Source: an uncultured delta proteobacterium
Lineage (GTDB): Bacteria > Myxococcota_A > Polyangia > Polyangiales > Houyiibacteriaceae
Length of the DNA stretch: 64,000 bases
Direction: 5' to 3'
NCBI GenBank assembly: GCA_963699755.1
Contig: CAVOVB010000010.1
Span: 128,001 to 192,000, forward strand
The translations under genes and the position numbers were made by a program. Shown here piece by piece: positions 59,772 through 64,000 of the stretch (position 1 is the first letter of the stretch; every line of letters begins with the position of its first letter). The notes below the pieces were generated by a model. That model saw nothing but the letters and a program-made list of their open reading frames with translations, made no database searches and was not told the DNA's origin.

Positions 59772-60697
59772 ATGAAGACGCCCTTCCGCTCACGCAGGCC
59801 GCGGTTCACCATGCTCTGGATGGTACTTTTCACGAGCCATACTTTTTGTTCGATGACGGAGTCGTCGTCGTCCGGGTCGCCTTCGAAGCGAAACGGATCG
59901 CCAAAGTAGAGACGGTATTTCGTAGGCAGGGGTGCAATGATGCCGAAGAAGATCTGCGGCATGACGGGGAACGCCGGCATTCGCAAAAGCCGCGCTAGGG
60001 GTTTGAAGTCAGCGACGGACGGATACTGCTCTTCACCACCGATGACCGCTACCGGGACGATCGGTGTCTTGGTTTCGAGAGCCAGCCGAACGAAGCCCAG
60101 ACCGAAATCGGTCAGCTGATAGCGCTGGTCGAAGGTCTTGCTGATGCCGCGGGCGCCCTCCGGAAAAACGATGAGGCTCTCTTCCTGGCGAAGGAGGCGG
60201 CGCGCGTTTTCGGGCGAGCCAACCACCTGGCCGAGCCGCGGATAGAGGGTGGAGATGAAGGGGAGCTCTGCGGTCCAGGTTTCGACCATGCTCCGCGGGA
60301 ACCTGGGAGGATCCGCATCGAGCATCATGGCGCTGCCGATCATCACCGCATCGACCGGCAATTGGCCAGAGTGGTTGGCCACGATGAGCACTCTGCCCTC
60401 GGGAACCCGGTCGATGCCAAAGACCTCGGTCCGGAAATAACGACGGTGAAGGAGCGCGGCGACCGCCAGGGCATATCGGCTGGTCTCTGGGTCGAAACCG
60501 AACGGATCGTGACCCACCTCGTTGGGATGGGTCTTAATGCCGGCGATGCGGGCATCGAGGTCTTGACCGACCACCTCTTCCGCGAATCGCACCGCCCGAT
60601 TGCCGATGGATCTCACCGCCTGTCGCAGAGGAGAGTCCCCCAGCAACCGAGTCCGCCGCCAGCCGGCGAATGGCACGATCGACCCCCGTTGCGCCAT
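59768..60697 (-). CDS. Lysophospholipid acyltransferase (PlsC-like)
   Basis: ANHSGQLPVD, FPEG..G..K, GFVRLAL....PIVPV. Confidence 0.92.
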   Translation of the reverse strand: MAQRGSIVPFAGWRRTRLLGDSPLRQAVRSIGNRAVRFAEEVVGQDLDARIAGIKTHPNEVGHDPFGFDPETSRYALAVAALLHRRYFRTEVFGIDRVPEGRVLIVANHSGQLPVDAVMIGSAMMLDADPPRFPRSMVETWTAELPFISTLYPRLGQVVGSPENARRLLRQEESLIVFPEGARGISKTFDQRYQLTDFGLGFVRLALETKTPIVPVAVIGGEEQYPSVADFKPLARLLRMPAFPVMPQIFFGIIAPLPTKYRLYFGDPFRFEGDPDDDDSVIEQKVWLVKSTIQSMVNRGLRERKGVFI

Positions 60698-60768
60698 AGG
60701 GGCTATCGTGGAGACAGAAGATGGAGCCGTCAATTGGAAACGGAGGAACGAGGGGCCATGCTCCAGCC

Positions 60769-61566
60769 ATGAGCGAAGTGTTCGACATCAGTCGTATTGG
60801 CGGGCCGGCCGGATTACGCGCGTTGGAAGAGGTTGTGCGGCGCGCAGGAGACGCCGCGTTGAAGCATTTTCAACAAGGCGTCGTGCCGGAGAAGAAGCCG
60901 GACCGCAGCCCGGTGACGATCGCCGATCGCGAAGCGGAGCAAGTCATTCGGGATCACATCGTCTCGGCCTTTCCGGACGCCAGCTTCCTGGGCGAAGAAA
61001 CCGGCGTTCGCGAAGGCAGCTCCGGGCTCCGATTCATCGTCGATCCGATCGATGGCACCCGCGCCTTCGTTCGCGGCTGGCCGACCTGGTCGGTCCTGCT
61101 GGGCGTCGAGGCCGACGGCGTTCCGGTCGTGGGCATCGCGTACATGCCCGCCGCGGGCGACTTCTTCGTCGCCGTGCAGGGAAAGGGCGCGACACACAAC
61201 GGCAATCGAGTGCGCGTTTCCAGAATCGGGCCGCTCGCCGACGCCACGGTGACCCATGGCGGACTTCAGCAATTTACGATCAGCGGGGTTGGAGAGGCGC
61301 TCCTTCGCTTGTCGGACGCCTGCGACATCGCGCGGGGCTGCCCCGACTTCGACGGCTACCGGCAAATTCTGCTCGGACGCTCGGATGCGATGGTCGATCC
61401 TGGCGTTCAACCCTATGATATCTGCGCACCAGCGGTGCTCATCCGCGAAGCGGGTGGAAGGCTCACGTCCTTCCGTGGCGATGAGACGATCTATGGCGGT
61501 GGAGCCATCGCGAGCAACGGAATCATCCATGACGAGCTCGTCGCGGCGCTAACGGCTACTCGTTAG
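60769..61566 (+). CDS. hisN: Inositol monophosphatase family, histidinol-phosphatase-like
   Basis: K.D.SPVT.AD..AE, GEE, DPIDGT.AFVRG, YD..A......EAGG. Confidence 0.8.
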   Translation: MSEVFDISRIGGPAGLRALEEVVRRAGDAALKHFQQGVVPEKKPDRSPVTIADREAEQVIRDHIVSAFPDASFLGEETGVREGSSGLRFIVDPIDGTRAFVRGWPTWSVLLGVEADGVPVVGIAYMPAAGDFFVAVQGKGATHNGNRVRVSRIGPLADATVTHGGLQQFTISGVGEALLRLSDACDIARGCPDFDGYRQILLGRSDAMVDPGVQPYDICAPAVLIREAGGRLTSFRGDETIYGGGAIASNGIIHDELVAALTATR

Positions 61567-61657
61567 ATTTACCTGCGCAAACCGGGCGATCGACGCAGCG
61601 GCTTGCTTTCAGGGGCGTCTTGCAGAAAGTTCCCCGCCCGAACCTCAGGAGAGAACT

Positions 61658-64000
61658 ATGACGGAACCAGTACGGCGAGCAGGTGTGATCGGAGCGGGCG
61701 TAATGGGCAGCGGCATCATGGCGCACTTTGCCAACGCCGGGGTCGACGTGGTGATGCTCGACATCGTGCCACCGGGACTGAGCGACAAAGACAAGAAGAA
61801 TTCGGCGAAGCGGAACCAGTTCGCGGTGGGAGGTCTTCAGGGGGCCCTCAAAGCGAAGCCAGCGGCCTTCTTTCACCCGGTCTACGCGAATCGCGTGACG
61901 GTCGGGAACCTCGAGGATGACATCGATCTCCTCAAGGGATGCGACCTGGTGATCGAGGCGATCATCGAGAACGTCGACATCAAGCGCAGCCTCTTCGAGA
62001 CGCTCGAAAAGACGCTCGACGAGGGGACCGTCGTCGCTTCGAACACCTCCGGGCTTCGCATCGCCGACATGCTCCAGGGTCGCGGGGAGGCCTTCCGCAA
62101 GAACTTCCTGGTCATGCACTTCTTCAACCCGGTTCGTTACATGAAGCTCTTAGAGCTCGTTGCCGGAGAGGACACCGACCCAGCCACCATGGACCGCATG
62201 AGGGTCTTCGGGACGGACCAGCTTGGCAAGGGCATCGTCGTCGGCAAGGACACGCCGAACTTCGTCGGCAACCGCATCGGCTGCTACTCGATGTCACTCA
62301 CGATGAACCAGATGCTCACCGACGGCCTAACACCCGAGGACGTCGACGCGATCACCGGGCCGCCGATGGGTCATCCGAAGAGCGCGAGCTACCGCACCGC
62401 CGACATGGTCGGGCTCGATACCTTCAAGCACGTTTCCGACAACTGCTACGCAGCGCTCCCCGGTGACCCCGAGCGCGACGTCTTCAAGCTCCCCGAATTC
62501 ATGAATGTGATGGTCGAGCGAAAGATCCTCGGCAACAAGACCCGCGGTGGCTTCTACAAGAAGACCAAGGAAGGCATTCAGACCTTCGATCCGGTCAAGC
62601 TCGAATACCGAGCGAAGGCCGGAGACGAGGGGATCAAGAAGTTCTGCAAGAGCTTGAAGGGCTCGCCGGCGCAGCGCGTGAAGGCGCTGGTGGAGAACGA
62701 CGGCCCGGCGGGCAAGTTCGCCTGGACCGTGCTCTCGCGAACCCTCGCCTACTCGGCCAGCAGGATCCCGGAGATCACCGACAGCGTCGAGGCAGTCGAT
62801 GACGCGATGAAGTGGGGCTACAACTGGGACCTCGGCCCGTTCGAGACCTGGGACGCCATCGGCTTCAAAGCTGCATACGACCGCATGAAGGCCGACGGGC
62901 TCTCGCTTCCCGCCTCGATCGACAAGATGGCGGCTTCCGGCGCCGAGCGCTTCTACACCGACGATGGCCGCGTCTACAGCCTCGTCACGGGAGAATACGA
63001 GAAGCGCGACATCGACCCCCGAGACGCGACTCTCACCGTCCTGCGGCGGGGCGATGCGCCGGTCTTCAGCAACCGGGGAACCGAGGCATGGGACCTCGGT
63101 GATGGCATCTTGGGGCTGACGTTCACTACCAAGGCCAACAGTATCGACGACACGGTCGTGGAGGGACTCAGTCAGGCCACTGAGATCGCAGAGCGCGACT
63201 TCCGTGGCCTGGTCATCTGCAACGAAGGCGACCACTTCTGCGTGGGCGCCAACCTGTTCGCGGTCGTGATGGCCGCGCAGCAGAAGGCCTGGGATCAGCT
63301 ACGCCAAACGATCAACGGGCTGCAGGGAGCGCTTCAGCGCACCAAGTATTCGACGATCCCCGTCGTCGCGGCGCCTTTCGGCATGACGGTGGGCGGCGGA
63401 TTCGAGGTCTGCATGGGCGCGGATGCCGTGCAGGCTGCCTCCGAAACCTACGTTGGCCTCGTCGAGGTGGGCGTTGGGCTCTTGCCGGGCGGCGCAGGCA
63501 ACATGAACATGCTCTGGCGTGCGCTCGAGGGGATCCCCGATGGGACCGACGTCGACGCCCTTCCCTTCGTGTCGCGCACATTTCAGAACATCGCCATGGC
63601 GCGCGTGGCCACTGGCGCCGGCGAGGCACGGGAGTTTGGCTACTTCCGCAAGACCGACGGGATCTCGTTCGACAAGGCGCGGCTCTTGACCGAGGCCAAG
63701 GCTCGGGCAGTCGGCATGGCGGAGGCCGGCTACCATCCGCCTCCTCGGCGTTCGTACCGTCTGCCCGGCGAAAGCGGTATCGCGACGCTAGAGATGATGA
63801 TCGACTCGCTGGTCGCCGGCGGATACGCAAGCGAGCACGACGCGCTGATCGCACGCAAGGTCGCGCACGTCCTCTGCGGAGGCCCATCGGGTCATGCGCA
63901 CGAGGTGACCGAGGAGCAGATGCTGGAGCTCGAACGTGAGGCGTTCATCAGCCTCTGCGGCGAGCCCAAGAGCCAGGAGCGCATGCAGCACATGCTCACC
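61658..64000 (+). CDS. fadN: 3-hydroxyacyl-CoA dehydrogenase/enoyl-CoA hydratase (FadN-type), runs off the window end
   Basis: AGGAG RBS; MTEPVRRAGVIGAGVMGSGI, SNTSG, HFFNPVRYM, DTPNF.GNRIG; C-terminal crotonase motifs FCVGANL, GGG.E, GLVEVGVGLLP. Confidence 0.93.
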   Translation, partial: MTEPVRRAGVIGAGVMGSGIMAHFANAGVDVVMLDIVPPGLSDKDKKNSAKRNQFAVGGLQGALKAKPAAFFHPVYANRVTVGNLEDDIDLLKGCDLVIEAIIENVDIKRSLFETLEKTLDEGTVVASNTSGLRIADMLQGRGEAFRKNFLVMHFFNPVRYMKLLELVAGEDTDPATMDRMRVFGTDQLGKGIVVGKDTPNFVGNRIGCYSMSLTMNQMLTDGLTPEDVDAITGPPMGHPKSASYRTADMVGLDTFKHVSDNCYAALPGDPERDVFKLPEFMNVMVERKILGNKTRGGFYKKTKEGIQTFDPVKLEYRAKAGDEGIKKFCKSLKGSPAQRVKALVENDGPAGKFAWTVLSRTLAYSASRIPEITDSVEAVDDAMKWGYNWDLGPFETWDAIGFKAAYDRMKADGLSLPASIDKMAASGAERFYTDDGRVYSLVTGEYEKRDIDPRDATLTVLRRGDAPVFSNRGTEAWDLGDGILGLTFTTKANSIDDTVVEGLSQATEIAERDFRGLVICNEGDHFCVGANLFAVVMAAQQKAWDQLRQTINGLQGALQRTKYSTIPVVAAPFGMTVGGGFEVCMGADAVQAASETYVGLVEVGVGLLPGGAGNMNMLWRALEGIPDGTDVDALPFVSRTFQNIAMARVATGAGEAREFGYFRKTDGISFDKARLLTEAKARAVGMAEAGYHPPPRRSYRLPGESGIATLEMMIDSLVAGGYASEHDALIARKVAHVLCGGPSGHAHEVTEEQMLELEREAFISLCGEPKSQERMQHMLT

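Noticed and set aside
1..64000. CRISPR array or other long spaced non-coding repeat array
   Set aside because: No regularly spaced repeats were seen by eye in any intergenic region. The repeats found are coding (19770-19868, 22695-23477, 57670-58608).
1..64000. Apparent abundance of the CTAG tetramer
   Set aside because: CTA Leu codons appear about as often before other bases, so it looks like general codon drift. It was not counted formally.

Overview
A GC-rich bacterial window, probably Myxococcota/Polyangia. That placement is inferred from the Cys-rich and Gly-linker lipoproteins, the many signalling genes and the gene repertoire. The left part (about 1-30.3 kb) is an accessory region. 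Its intact cargo includes a eukaryote-like GH13_8 branching enzyme, two RND efflux systems, a THI5/NMT1-type ABC transporter, WS/DGAT, a lipase, a poly-[4Fe-4S] protein and a ZIP transporter. These are interleaved with about ten decayed genes (ada, SRPBCC, NhaP::DUF1254 chimera, RMD1, a lipoprotein, a small secreted protein, a porin, an IS transposase, a tyrosine integrase and a methyltransferase). Several of the decayed genes keep both termini but have lost their middles, apparently at short microhomologies. A frameshifted tyrosine integrase abuts the 3' end of tRNA-Arg(CCG), which suggests an old genomic island. The right part (about 30.4-64 kb) is core-like: a histone H1-like protein, CaCA antiporter, ppdK, comEC, a bCerS/YghO-like GNAT, fumC, a P1B-ATPase-like protein lacking its catalytic motifs, argH-lysA-fabH, mtnA, gatB, a diguanylate cyclase, gatA, gatC, two histidine kinases, a homocysteine methyltransferase, an AMMECR1-like protein, trmL, a 45-Cys lipoprotein, an epimerase plus acyltransferase pair, a hisN-like gene and a partial fadN-like gene. 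No CRISPR array or rRNA was seen. The most notable items are the pseudo-P-type ATPase, the telescoped-gene decay pattern, and the Fe-S plus DUF5692-like gene pair. All family assignments come from motif recognition by eye; no database searches were run.
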